Shown one piece after another: positions 1 through 8,750 of a DNA stretch of 43,056 nt. Numbering within the stretch: the first letter of the stretch is position 1; every line of letters starts with the position of its first letter. The DNA is from Minisyncoccia bacterium (GTDB lineage: Bacteria > Patescibacteriota > Minisyncoccia > SW-4-49-11): positions 1 through 43,056 of the forward strand of contig JBIKVS010000009.1 in NCBI GenBank assembly GCA_044356725.1. Reading direction: 5' to 3'. Made by a program: the position numbers and the translations under genes. Below the pieces are notes generated by a model. That model was not told the DNA's origin and made no database searches. It saw only the letters and a list, made by a program, of their open reading frames with translations.

Positions 1-168
1 TTTAACAAATCTTTAATAGAATACATTTACTATTATAATACTAAACGTCCTCATACTTCTCTTAACTATTTATCTCCTTTCTCTTTCCTCTCTAATTTTT
101 CCACGATGTATTCGTCCTATACAATATCTTGCAGAAAAAATAAATTTATGATACAATATATTTTATAA
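1..168 (+). mobile_element. 3' end of IS481/IS3-like (rve integrase core) transposase, truncated by window edge; probable element end near 123
   Basis: Frame 1 reads FNKSLIEYIYYYNTKRPHTSLNYLSPFSFLSNFSTMYSSYT..., stop TAA 166-168. YNxxRPHxSLxYxSP is the C-terminal motif of rve/IS481/IS3 transposases. Sequence ...TATACA at 118-123 fits a TGT...ACA IS481-type end. Not in the ORF track. Confidence 0.75.
129..157 (+). promoter_or_regulatory. sigma70-type promoter for tRNA-Ile
   Basis: TTGCAG, 17 nt spacer, TACAAT with TG extension, 11 nt before the tRNA. Confidence 0.6.
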
Positions 169-242
169 GCGCGTGTAGCTCAGCTGGTTAGAGCGCTACA
201 CTGATAATGTAGAGGTCCCATGTTCAAGTCATGGCATGCGCA
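169..242 (+). tRNA. tRNA-Ile(GAT), CCA not encoded
   Basis: Acceptor GCGCGTG/CATGCGC, D arm TAGCTCAGCTGGTTAGAGC, anticodon arm CTACA-CTGATAA-TGTAG, T arm with GTTCAAG. Confidence 0.95.
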
Positions 243-265
243 CACACTATAAAATAAAATTCATC

Positions 266-1102
266 TTACTTCAGTTCACAAGACTTTAATTTTTTTAAAT
301 TAGCTAAATTTTGAATTAATGCCCATACAGTAAGAGGTCCAACTCCTCCTGGTACGGGAGTAATTTGACCTTTAAAATGTAAGTCTTTATTATATATATC
401 TCCTCGGATTTTGCTATTATCGTCTCTTAGAATACCAACATCGATTATAATCTGATTCTCTTTAAATTTAACATCTTCCAATATCTGGGCATTGCCTGTG
501 GCTGATACTATTATATCAGATAAGTTTATTAGTTTCTCTAAATCTTTAGTCTCTTTGTGAGCTAGTATTGGAGTAGCTCCAAAAGCAGGTAGTATTGCAG
601 CTAGAGGTTTTCCTACTAAGACACTATCATTAAGTACTAAAACTGTTTTCCCAACTAAATCAATGTCATAGTAGTCAAATAACATCAAGATACCTTTAGG
701 AGTGGCTGGTATAATAGGAGCTAAATTAGCACTAATTCTACTTTGGAATAATTTACCTAACCAATAATCAGTAAGTCCATCAGCATCTTTGAAAGGGTGA
801 ATTGTATTCAGAATAGTATGTTCTTCAATAAAAGGGGAGAGGGGAAGTTGTACAATAATTCCATCAATTCCAGTATTCTGATTTAGTTTTTGAATCTCTT
901 CTATCAAATCCTCCTGATCTATATCGGCAGGATATTGAAATAGTTGTAATTTACCACCTACTTCTTGTAAGGCTTTAGACTTTTTATCAATATAAATTTT
1001 AGAGGCCATATCCTCTCCCACTAGTATGACGGCTAAGCGCAATCCTTCAGGAATAGTAGGTATAATGTCATCAATAATAGGTTTAGCAGATAATAAATTC
1101 AT
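266..1102 (-). CDS. folD: bifunctional methylenetetrahydrofolate dehydrogenase/cyclohydrolase
   Basis: Motifs YIDKK, GIIVQLPL, KDADG, PATPKG, IIDVG, ITPVPGGVGPLT; directly downstream of glyA. Confidence 0.95.
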   Translation of the reverse strand: MNLLSAKPIIDDIIPTIPEGLRLAVILVGEDMASKIYIDKKSKALQEVGGKLQLFQYPADIDQEDLIEEIQKLNQNTGIDGIIVQLPLSPFIEEHTILNTIHPFKDADGLTDYWLGKLFQSRISANLAPIIPATPKGILMLFDYYDIDLVGKTVLVLNDSVLVGKPLAAILPAFGATPILAHKETKDLEKLINLSDIIVSATGNAQILEDVKFKENQIIIDVGILRDDNSKIRGDIYNKDLHFKGQITPVPGGVGPLTVWALIQNLANLKKLKSCELK

Positions 1103-1110
1103 AATTATAT

Positions 1111-2319
1111 TTATTGATTAAATTGACTTATAAATGTGATTACGTTTAGTTTAATATTATCTAGTTCTGATTGATTATCAATATTCTTCACAACTTGATA
1201 TATAAACTCAGCAATTATATTCATATCTTGCTCTTTTAGCCCCAAGGTTGTGACTGCTGGTGTTCCTAATCTAATACCATTGGGTTTAAAAGGGGAGGCC
1301 GTATCAAAGGGAATAGTGTTTTTATTAGTCTCTATATTGACTGAATTTAAGGCTTTAGACAAAGTGTCTCCATCAATCCCTTGATTTCGCAAATCTACTA
1401 ATAGTAAATGATTTTCAGTACCTCCAGATACGATTTCAAAACCTCTATCCTGGAGAGATTTAGCTAGAGCTCGGGCATTCTGTATAACTTGCTGACAATA
1501 TTCTGTATATTCTGACTTCAGAGCATCTTCAAGGGCAATTGCAATTCCAGCAATATTATTATTGTGAGGTCCTCCTTGTAAACCTGGAAATACGGCTTTA
1601 TCTATTTTTTGAGCTAAGTCAGGATTATTAGTCATTATCAGAGCTCCTCTTGGACCTCTTAGAATTTTATGAGTGGTAGTGGTAATTATATCAGCATCGG
1701 GAAACGGATGAGGATGTAGTCCAGTAGCTACTAGTCCAGATATATGAGATATATCCGATAGATGATAAGCTCCTACACCTTTGGCAATATCACCAATTCT
1801 TTTGAAATCCACCTGTTTTGGATAGGCAGAATGACCAGAAATAATTAATTTGGGCCTATGTTCTTGAGCTAAAGCCTCAATCTCATCATAATTAATGTAT
1901 CCATCAGGAGTCAGCCCATAACTTATCGAATTAAGCCATTTACCAGAAATACTAACTTTATGGCCATGAGTCAGATGTCCCCCTGAAGATAAAGCAAGTC
2001 CCAGAATAGTATCATTCGGTTGTAATAAAGCTAGATATACTGCTAGATTAGCCGGGCTACCAGAATAAGCCTGTACATTAGCAAACTGAGCTTGAAATAG
2101 TTTCTTAGCATTTTCAATCGCAATTAGCTCAATTTGGTCTATGAATTCTTGCCCCTCATAATATCGAGAATGTGGATAACCTTCGCTATATTTATTAGTT
2201 AGACTAGACCCAAGTGCTGCTAGAATTTGATCTGAAGCATAATTTTCGGAAGCTATTAACCTAATGGTATTAGATTGTCTATCGGTTTCTTGTTGGATTA
2301 ATTCTAAAATCTTACTCAT
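1111..2319 (-). CDS. glyA: serine hydroxymethyltransferase
   Basis: LIASENY, NKYSEGYP, GGHLTHG, TTTTHKILRGPRG (PLP lysine), FPGLQGGP, GIRLGTPA. Confidence 0.98.
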   Translation of the reverse strand: MSKILELIQQETDRQSNTIRLIASENYASDQILAALGSSLTNKYSEGYPHSRYYEGQEFIDQIELIAIENAKKLFQAQFANVQAYSGSPANLAVYLALLQPNDTILGLALSSGGHLTHGHKVSISGKWLNSISYGLTPDGYINYDEIEALAQEHRPKLIISGHSAYPKQVDFKRIGDIAKGVGAYHLSDISHISGLVATGLHPHPFPDADIITTTTHKILRGPRGALIMTNNPDLAQKIDKAVFPGLQGGPHNNNIAGIAIALEDALKSEYTEYCQQVIQNARALAKSLQDRGFEIVSGGTENHLLLVDLRNQGIDGDTLSKALNSVNIETNKNTIPFDTASPFKPNGIRLGTPAVTTLGLKEQDMNIIAEFIYQVVKNIDNQSELDNIKLNVITFISQFNQ

Positions 2320-2419
2320 TTTATTTAGATAATTATGTATATAACTATTATACCAAAATATCTAATATTATACCAATTAATATGATATAATAAATACATA
2401 TGAGAAATAAATTACACAA

Positions 2420-3667
2420 ATGAAACCTTTAAGCGGAATGTGGTTATATATTAATCTAGCCTTTGCCATAGTCTGGGATACGGTAGGTTTTGTGTTATTT
2501 ATAATAGGTTTAATCCCAGCTGTGCAAGCAATAGCTATTGCCGCTTCACCAGTGATAGATGTCTTGGCTTTTTTGACGGATATGACATTTTGTATATTAT
2601 ATCAGGGCTATGTCAAGATATATAATGTGAATTTTAAGCTTTATCAAATTAAAAGAATCAAAGAAGTAATGCTACTATCAAAAAAGAGTGGAGCCTCTAA
2701 AAATAACCCTATAGCTCAGAATCTAGCACGACAAACTCAAAAAATAAATCAATATATGTTAGATAAATTTTCTAATTATGTAATTAATTTCACTGTAAAA
2801 AAAATTCAGTATTCTATTACTACATCGGTAATAGAATTGGTGCCATGGTTAGGTGACTTCTCTCCTACTTGGACTATAAAAGCCAATTTGCATCTTAGAG
2901 AACATAAAGCAACTGCTAGAGAACTTAGGATAAAAAATATTGAATTTGAAAACTCCCTAGCTAAATGGAGAGGATCATTAAGAATTGGAGGTGTTGGAAA
3001 ATTCAAGTCTAGGAACAATATACCTAATATACAATCAGCTCCTAACAAGATTAAGATCCCTAAAAATAAATCAAGCTCTTCTAGAGTAAAATATTTAGGT
3101 TCTCAAGCAAATCTCAAGTCAGACAATATACAGTCAACTAGTAATAATTCAAGTAGTAATAATATCAGATATAGTCAGGGGCAAAGAGACATTAGTCAAG
3201 CGGCTAATAATATCAGGCCACTGAGGGTTGGAGTATCTGGTGTTATGTCTCAATCTGTACAGGGGCAGACAGACAATAATCCAGATATTATGAAGACTGC
3301 CGCTAATAATATACGCCCATTTAGAAGGAAATTACCTGGGGAAGTAGGGCAATCTATGTCAACACAGAAAGAAAATAAATTAGCTAATGACAAATCAGGA
3401 GTGAGAAAAACAGCCTTTATGGGGGGGCAATTAGTATACAATTTTCCACAATCACTAAATACTGAAGATGAAGAACTACAATATAGAAAATCAGTGAATA
3501 AAAATATTATGTCCTCCAAGAATAAAGTATTGAGTGATATAGCGAGCCCACAACAATCCTCAAAAACCTCTACAGATAATAATGACATCCCAGCTAATAA
3601 TATTAAGGAATTTACAAGAACCCCACAAAATCAAGTAAATAGCGAGAGAGTGCTAATAAAAAAATAA
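2420..3667 (+). CDS. hypothetical membrane protein with low-complexity N/S/Q-rich C-terminus
   Basis: 415 aa ORF; N-terminal hydrophobic segments, IELVPWLGDFSPTWTI motif, repeated xANNIR motifs; TG-extended TATAAT upstream. Confidence 0.75.
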   Translation: MKPLSGMWLYINLAFAIVWDTVGFVLFIIGLIPAVQAIAIAASPVIDVLAFLTDMTFCILYQGYVKIYNVNFKLYQIKRIKEVMLLSKKSGASKNNPIAQNLARQTQKINQYMLDKFSNYVINFTVKKIQYSITTSVIELVPWLGDFSPTWTIKANLHLREHKATARELRIKNIEFENSLAKWRGSLRIGGVGKFKSRNNIPNIQSAPNKIKIPKNKSSSSRVKYLGSQANLKSDNIQSTSNNSSSNNIRYSQGQRDISQAANNIRPLRVGVSGVMSQSVQGQTDNNPDIMKTAANNIRPFRRKLPGEVGQSMSTQKENKLANDKSGVRKTAFMGGQLVYNFPQSLNTEDEELQYRKSVNKNIMSSKNKVLSDIASPQQSSKTSTDNNDIPANNIKEFTRTPQNQVNSERVLIKK

Positions 3668-3721
3668 GACTATACTAAAAAGATAGATTATGCTATAATT
3701 ATTTAAAGACTGAATAAATAT

Positions 3722-4942
3722 ATGAGACATAAAAATTTAGCTATTATAGTTATTTTAATCACCACCATCAATTTATTGGGGGTTAATTTTGTTGTAGCTC
3801 AGGATATAGGTTCTATCACAGAATCCCAATTGAATAGCAGTGCAACTTCGAATCTTATTAATAGAGAACCCACTACCCAAGAAGAAGCTAACATATTAAT
3901 TGATGCTTTAATTAAAGAAAGTTTTGCAGATAGTTATTATACGGATAAATCATCCACAGGAGAAATAAAATTAGTAGTAAAAAATAAATATCTATTTACT
4001 AGGCAAAGAATAGATTTCTCAACTATTAATTATCATATAGATAAAAGCTTTATATTTGACGGTGCCGAATACACTTGGAGAATCAAAAAAGGAGATAAAG
4101 TTATCATAGAACTAAAAGATATTAATAAGTCAAACTTTTTTTATGAATTTATAGAATCAGGAACTTATCAGATAGAGGCATCTATAAATTCAGCAGGAGT
4201 TGTCAAAACAGGTAGTATTAGTTTAGATATTTATAATAAGTTATCTCTAGATTATAGACCACTAAATCCAGGTAAATCCGATACAATTACAATAACCACA
4301 GAATTACCAGCATCTCAATATGCAGTAGAATGGAAAGTAGATGGAGAGACAAGAGAGACTAATAATAATAGACTTACATTTACAGAGACTAAAGGTTATA
4401 AAAAAAGTTATTTTGTTGAAGCAATAGCCAGAGACAGATTGAGTGGATATATTAAGTATTACGGTAATACCACTATTGAAATTAAAGAACCAGAAATAAG
4501 AGTCTCGTTAGTAAATAATAAAAATAACTCACCAATTGACTTTAGTGAAGAGATTAATATTACTGAGCCAATACAGCTATTAATCTCAAGTGATGTATTA
4601 CATTCTAGCCAAAATGCTAAACTAGCCTATACTTATAGAGTGAATGATAAAGTACAAGATGGCAATAGTAACTCTATCACCCTAGATATAGATCCGAATC
4701 AATCATATAAAGTAGATATATTAGCATTAGATACAAATGGGAAAGATGCTCCTGCCACAAAGTCATTTATAATAAATAAAGATAAGATAACTCCTCCTAT
4801 AGATGCTAATATAACTCAAGCAGGTAGATTGGATTATTTTAAGAATGATAGATATTTAGGTCTAGGAATATTGTCCATAATGATAGTAATGATAATTGTG
4901 ATGTCAAGTCATAGTGCTTTAAATAAAGTGCCTAATAAGTAA
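3722..4942 (+). CDS. secreted, membrane-anchored protein with probable Ig/PKD-like beta domains
   Basis: Signal peptide (VVA-Q), repeated YxWx(V/I)xG-type strands (YTWRIKKG, VEWKVDG, YTYRVND), C-terminal TM helix. Confidence 0.7.
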   Translation: MRHKNLAIIVILITTINLLGVNFVVAQDIGSITESQLNSSATSNLINREPTTQEEANILIDALIKESFADSYYTDKSSTGEIKLVVKNKYLFTRQRIDFSTINYHIDKSFIFDGAEYTWRIKKGDKVIIELKDINKSNFFYEFIESGTYQIEASINSAGVVKTGSISLDIYNKLSLDYRPLNPGKSDTITITTELPASQYAVEWKVDGETRETNNNRLTFTETKGYKKSYFVEAIARDRLSGYIKYYGNTTIEIKEPEIRVSLVNNKNNSPIDFSEEINITEPIQLLISSDVLHSSQNAKLAYTYRVNDKVQDGNSNSITLDIDPNQSYKVDILALDTNGKDAPATKSFIINKDKITPPIDANITQAGRLDYFKNDRYLGLGILSIMIVMIIVMSSHSALNKVPNK

Positions 4943-4949
4943 TATATTT

Positions 4950-5279
4950 GTGAATAATCTGACTAAAAAACAAAAGTTCATTATTCTTTTAGTTGGTGGG
5001 AGTATTCTGATTTTAGGAGCCTTCATTTGGTCTATGTTTATCAACTTAAGCCAGATATCAATTTCAAATCCAGTCCCAGAGGTGACTTTACCAGAAGAAA
5101 TAACAGATATTATAGATGAAGCTAAGACTAATACACAAAATAATACTCAATCTACAGAATTACAAGAAATAGCAGAAATTTTAGAACAAGATAAAAATAA
5201 AGAAACAGAAGAAACTAATAAAGATAATGATTTAATAAATACCAATTTAAATTTAGATTTCAATACCAAACAAGAATAA
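4950..5279 (+). CDS. small single-TM protein with acidic tail
   Basis: GTG start 7 nt after previous stop; basic N-terminus, TM helix, acidic remainder. Confidence 0.7.
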   Translation: MNNLTKKQKFIILLVGGSILILGAFIWSMFINLSQISISNPVPEVTLPEEITDIIDEAKTNTQNNTQSTELQEIAEILEQDKNKETEETNKDNDLINTNLNLDFNTKQE

Positions 5280-5284
5280 TAAAT

Positions 5285-5725
5285 TTATTCCGACATATCT
5301 TGAATTACAGTTTTCTCTCCATAAGTATCCAAAGTCCAAGCAACTTCTTCTACCCTAGATTGACTATATTCATTTTTCTCTCTCCTATAGGAGGCTTTCT
5401 TTTTTTGAATAGTCATTTTGATAACTGACCTAGTAGGGTCAATATCACGAGACCATAAAAATAAAGTAGGTTTAATAATATAAATCACAACATTAGTAAG
5501 GAAAATATCAAAGTTTTGACCATTGATTTTAATAAATGCAAAGGTAAAAGTTGCAGCAACCACAGGAGCAACACTAATAAAGAAAACAGCCATATTGGGC
5601 TTAAAGTACCATAAAAATCCACCAATAACTACTCCAATGGCTAGGACAGCGAATTGTCTAATAGTAACAGGACCAAAAATCTTATCCTCAGAGTCAACAA
5701 ATTGTGGAATATTATATTGTTGCAT
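5285..5725 (-). CDS. PrgI-family (VirB3-like) protein
   Basis: QQYNIPQFVDSEDKIFGPVTIRQF followed by two TM helices and FIKINGQ...KPTLFLW, typical of PrgI family. Confidence 0.85.
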   Translation of the reverse strand: MQQYNIPQFVDSEDKIFGPVTIRQFAVLAIGVVIGGFLWYFKPNMAVFFISVAPVVAATFTFAFIKINGQNFDIFLTNVVIYIIKPTLFLWSRDIDPTRSVIKMTIQKKKASYRREKNEYSQSRVEEVAWTLDTYGEKTVIQDMSE

Positions 5726-5727
5726 AT

Positions 5728-6654
5728 TTATTCAGGTTGCTTTAAATTAACTAAATTTTTTGGAATAGGGGCAGGTTTAGCAGTCAGTACAATCGGAGCT
5801 GAAGATCGAGATGGAACAGGCATTCTTGGAATAGGCTTAGGGCTAAAGGTTGGTATATTATTAGCAATGACATTATGAGAAGAGGATTGGGGAGAAGCAG
5901 CATTTGTATTATTGATAGCTTGAGTTGGCACAGCGGGCTGATTCACGACTACAGGTGGTGGGGTTAAAGTATTATTAACATTCTCCTCACGAACAGACTC
6001 AGTATTACTAGCAGAGGTATTATTTTCATTATATATATCTTGGTATAAGACAGTCTCATCTGTTTGTAAATAATCATAGAAAGATAAAACTTTCCTCAAA
6101 GCCTCTTTCTCTGCTGGACTCAAAGTTTGCACTACAGTATCTCCACTTAGGAATTTTGACTTAGCAAAGTTATTAGACTTGTCTGTACCGATAAATCTAT
6201 TATAATATTCAATCCAATTAGCAATACTAGGTTTAGCCTCAGGATTGTCTTGGGATAATCTTAAGGGAAGATTGCCAATTTGTTGAGTGTTTTTCTCTAC
6301 CAAAGATAATAAATCCTTTCGCATCATTTCTTTAATAATCTCAATAGGATAAATAGAATATTTACTCTCAATACGAGAGGCTAAATCTCGCTCAGAAGGC
6401 CAAATAGGACTCAAAGCCTCAATCAGGTTAAAAGATATAATATTAAATAATAATTCATCTTCTAAATTCGGAATAGCTGTCACATAAAGTTGGAAAATAA
6501 TCTTGGATAGCTCTCGATACACAGCAGGATTAACCTCCCTAATATTATTATCTACAAGAGACTTCTCTAATTTCTCAGCAAATTCCAAAGCTCCAGGAAC
6601 ATTGTCATATGTTATTAGGGATTTGGCTTCTTCTTGTATATCGGATAGTGTCAT
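5728..6654 (-). CDS. hypothetical helical protein with Pro-rich tail
   Basis: 308 aa ORF in operon; PSIANWIEYY motif, C-terminal NLVNLK. Confidence 0.75.
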   Translation of the reverse strand: MTLSDIQEEAKSLITYDNVPGALEFAEKLEKSLVDNNIREVNPAVYRELSKIIFQLYVTAIPNLEDELLFNIISFNLIEALSPIWPSERDLASRIESKYSIYPIEIIKEMMRKDLLSLVEKNTQQIGNLPLRLSQDNPEAKPSIANWIEYYNRFIGTDKSNNFAKSKFLSGDTVVQTLSPAEKEALRKVLSFYDYLQTDETVLYQDIYNENNTSASNTESVREENVNNTLTPPPVVVNQPAVPTQAINNTNAASPQSSSHNVIANNIPTFSPKPIPRMPVPSRSSAPIVLTAKPAPIPKNLVNLKQPE

Positions 6655-6681
6655 AGGGGGTATTTAAACGAAAATTATATT

Positions 6682-8745
6682 TTATCCAATCCCTTTTAGA
6701 GCTGCTTGATATTTATCATATACATCTCTGTTTGGACTCTGTCTAATATTTTGGTTTATATAATTTTTAATGTCTATTAGATCAGTAGAGTCGTAACTAG
6801 CCCATGTTTTATGATCCTCCAGTAATTTTTCTGATGAATTTTGGATGGCATTTGTAATCATTGAGAAATCTAGTTCTGTATCTGGAGTCCCATCTGCTTT
6901 AAGCTTAAATGGAGGTCCCCCATTAACATTCGTTGATTTTCGTTTTTGAAATGAAGCTCTATTAGTCTTTAGCCCTCTACCCATTTCAGTAATAGATAGT
7001 TTTGCAGCATCTTCTTTAGGCTTATTAGTAGGGGGCTTTCTATTATATTGAATATTATTTTGTTGATTTCTAACTATATCATACTGATCAATTCCAGATA
7101 CATATGCCCCCTGTTTTTTATCTTTTCCAATTTTTGCTATCCTAGATCTGAAGTCCCTATCAGAACGAGTAGGATTAGTCCTACCTGGTTCAAATTTATC
7201 TTTTATCAATGCATCTATTTGTTCTGATTCATTTTCAAATGTCTCCGCATAATGTTTAAAATCATCATCTGCTAATAAAGCTTTAAGTCCTTCTAACTCA
7301 GTAATTTTAGCAAATATAGCTTCTCTTTCTATCTCATCAGTTGTCTCTTTGAATTGCTCAATTAATTCTGGGACAGAGCTTCCTTTTAATTCTTCAGTCG
7401 CTTTTGCCACAGCAGCATTTCTAGCTCTTAGTAAAGTAGGATCTTGATGTAGAGTATCATTAGCTTTAGCTTGATTAGCCATATTTAATTGGGTCTCATT
7501 AAATCTCTCTTTTCTTCCAGCTTCACCCCCAGCAGTCTGTTGAGCCACTGAGCTAATCCATTTACCAGCTCTTGAGTCTTTTATTCTAGATCCAATGAAA
7601 GGTATATTCTCAACAGCTTTGCCTTTCTCAGTCCTTTCTTTACCTCTTTGTTTCATTATTTCATATCTATCATTTGGGTTTATTTTACCTCCACTAGCTA
7701 ATTGTATAGCTTTAGTTGTTCCCCCAATTAATCCATCTCCAGTTGAAATAACCTTCCCTCCAGTTGCAGACCAACCATCTTTCAGCCCCTGTCTAAATCC
7801 AGTCCCACCAGCACTAACTTTGGCTCCAATACCTAGAGTGGCAATTGAACCCGCTACACCTACTGCTTTTTGTAGGAATGGAGGAGCTGCCTGTCCAGCT
7901 TTTGTAGCTGTGGTATTAGCTAAGAACAGCAAACCAATCACCAAGACATAATTAATTAAGTTTCCATTTGTCATTAAGTTACCATCAGTTATATTTGGAT
8001 TGGCTGATATCCCTTTACTCATAAGGGTAAAAGCTAAATATAGTAAAAACATTAAGGTAGGTCCAGTGACCAATGCTTCTTGTAATTGTTTTTTCCAATC
8101 ATCACTTATAGATTTAAGTCCTGGCACTAATGTTGCCATAAAAGCTAAAGGGGATAGCATAATGATAAACCATAAGGTTACAATTCTCATAGCTAGAATT
8201 AGTGCAGTCCAAAGTAATACAAAAGCTAGAAAGGCTAATATAACAATAGTAAATACATTTAGAAACACTACATCTGTATTGGATGTTGCCGCAGCCTCTG
8301 ATATTTTAGATGCATTTCCTATAGTATCTGCCATCGTTGGTCCAAAAGAGTTATATAAAGATACCATTATAATTTGGCTAATGTCTATTAAGAAGCCAAC
8401 AATAGCCTTACTAAAATTAATAAATAAAGCGACGAATATAAAGTTAGGTAACATTCTCTTAGCCGTATAATTATCTAGAGCTCCCACCTGAAGCACAGTG
8501 GCAATAGCTATTATTAATAATATCAAAGCAAAGAAAAGATTAGCAAAGTTTCTTGTAATATCCCAACCTACATTAACTCCCTCACTAAAAAAATTCTGAT
8601 AAGCCATCACATTATTTAGGAGTGGAACTATTGTAGTAGGAACTAGGAATGCAAGTAAATTTTTAAATATACCTGTCAAGACGCTCAATGGACCTGATAT
8701 AGCAGTGTCTAGAATTGGTGAAAATATACCTAGTAAAAAATCCAT
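6682..8745 (-). CDS. VirB6/TrbL-like polytopic membrane protein with large soluble C-terminal region
   Basis: GWDITRNFAN, ALFINFS, RIVTLWFIIMLSPLAF, WKKQL motifs, several TM helices, Gly-rich linker; same operon as PrgI. Confidence 0.75.
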   Translation of the reverse strand: MDFLLGIFSPILDTAISGPLSVLTGIFKNLLAFLVPTTIVPLLNNVMAYQNFFSEGVNVGWDITRNFANLFFALILLIIAIATVLQVGALDNYTAKRMLPNFIFVALFINFSKAIVGFLIDISQIIMVSLYNSFGPTMADTIGNASKISEAAATSNTDVVFLNVFTIVILAFLAFVLLWTALILAMRIVTLWFIIMLSPLAFMATLVPGLKSISDDWKKQLQEALVTGPTLMFLLYLAFTLMSKGISANPNITDGNLMTNGNLINYVLVIGLLFLANTTATKAGQAAPPFLQKAVGVAGSIATLGIGAKVSAGGTGFRQGLKDGWSATGGKVISTGDGLIGGTTKAIQLASGGKINPNDRYEIMKQRGKERTEKGKAVENIPFIGSRIKDSRAGKWISSVAQQTAGGEAGRKERFNETQLNMANQAKANDTLHQDPTLLRARNAAVAKATEELKGSSVPELIEQFKETTDEIEREAIFAKITELEGLKALLADDDFKHYAETFENESEQIDALIKDKFEPGRTNPTRSDRDFRSRIAKIGKDKKQGAYVSGIDQYDIVRNQQNNIQYNRKPPTNKPKEDAAKLSITEMGRGLKTNRASFQKRKSTNVNGGPPFKLKADGTPDTELDFSMITNAIQNSSEKLLEDHKTWASYDSTDLIDIKNYINQNIRQSPNRDVYDKYQAALKGIG

Positions 8746-8750
8746 AAAAA

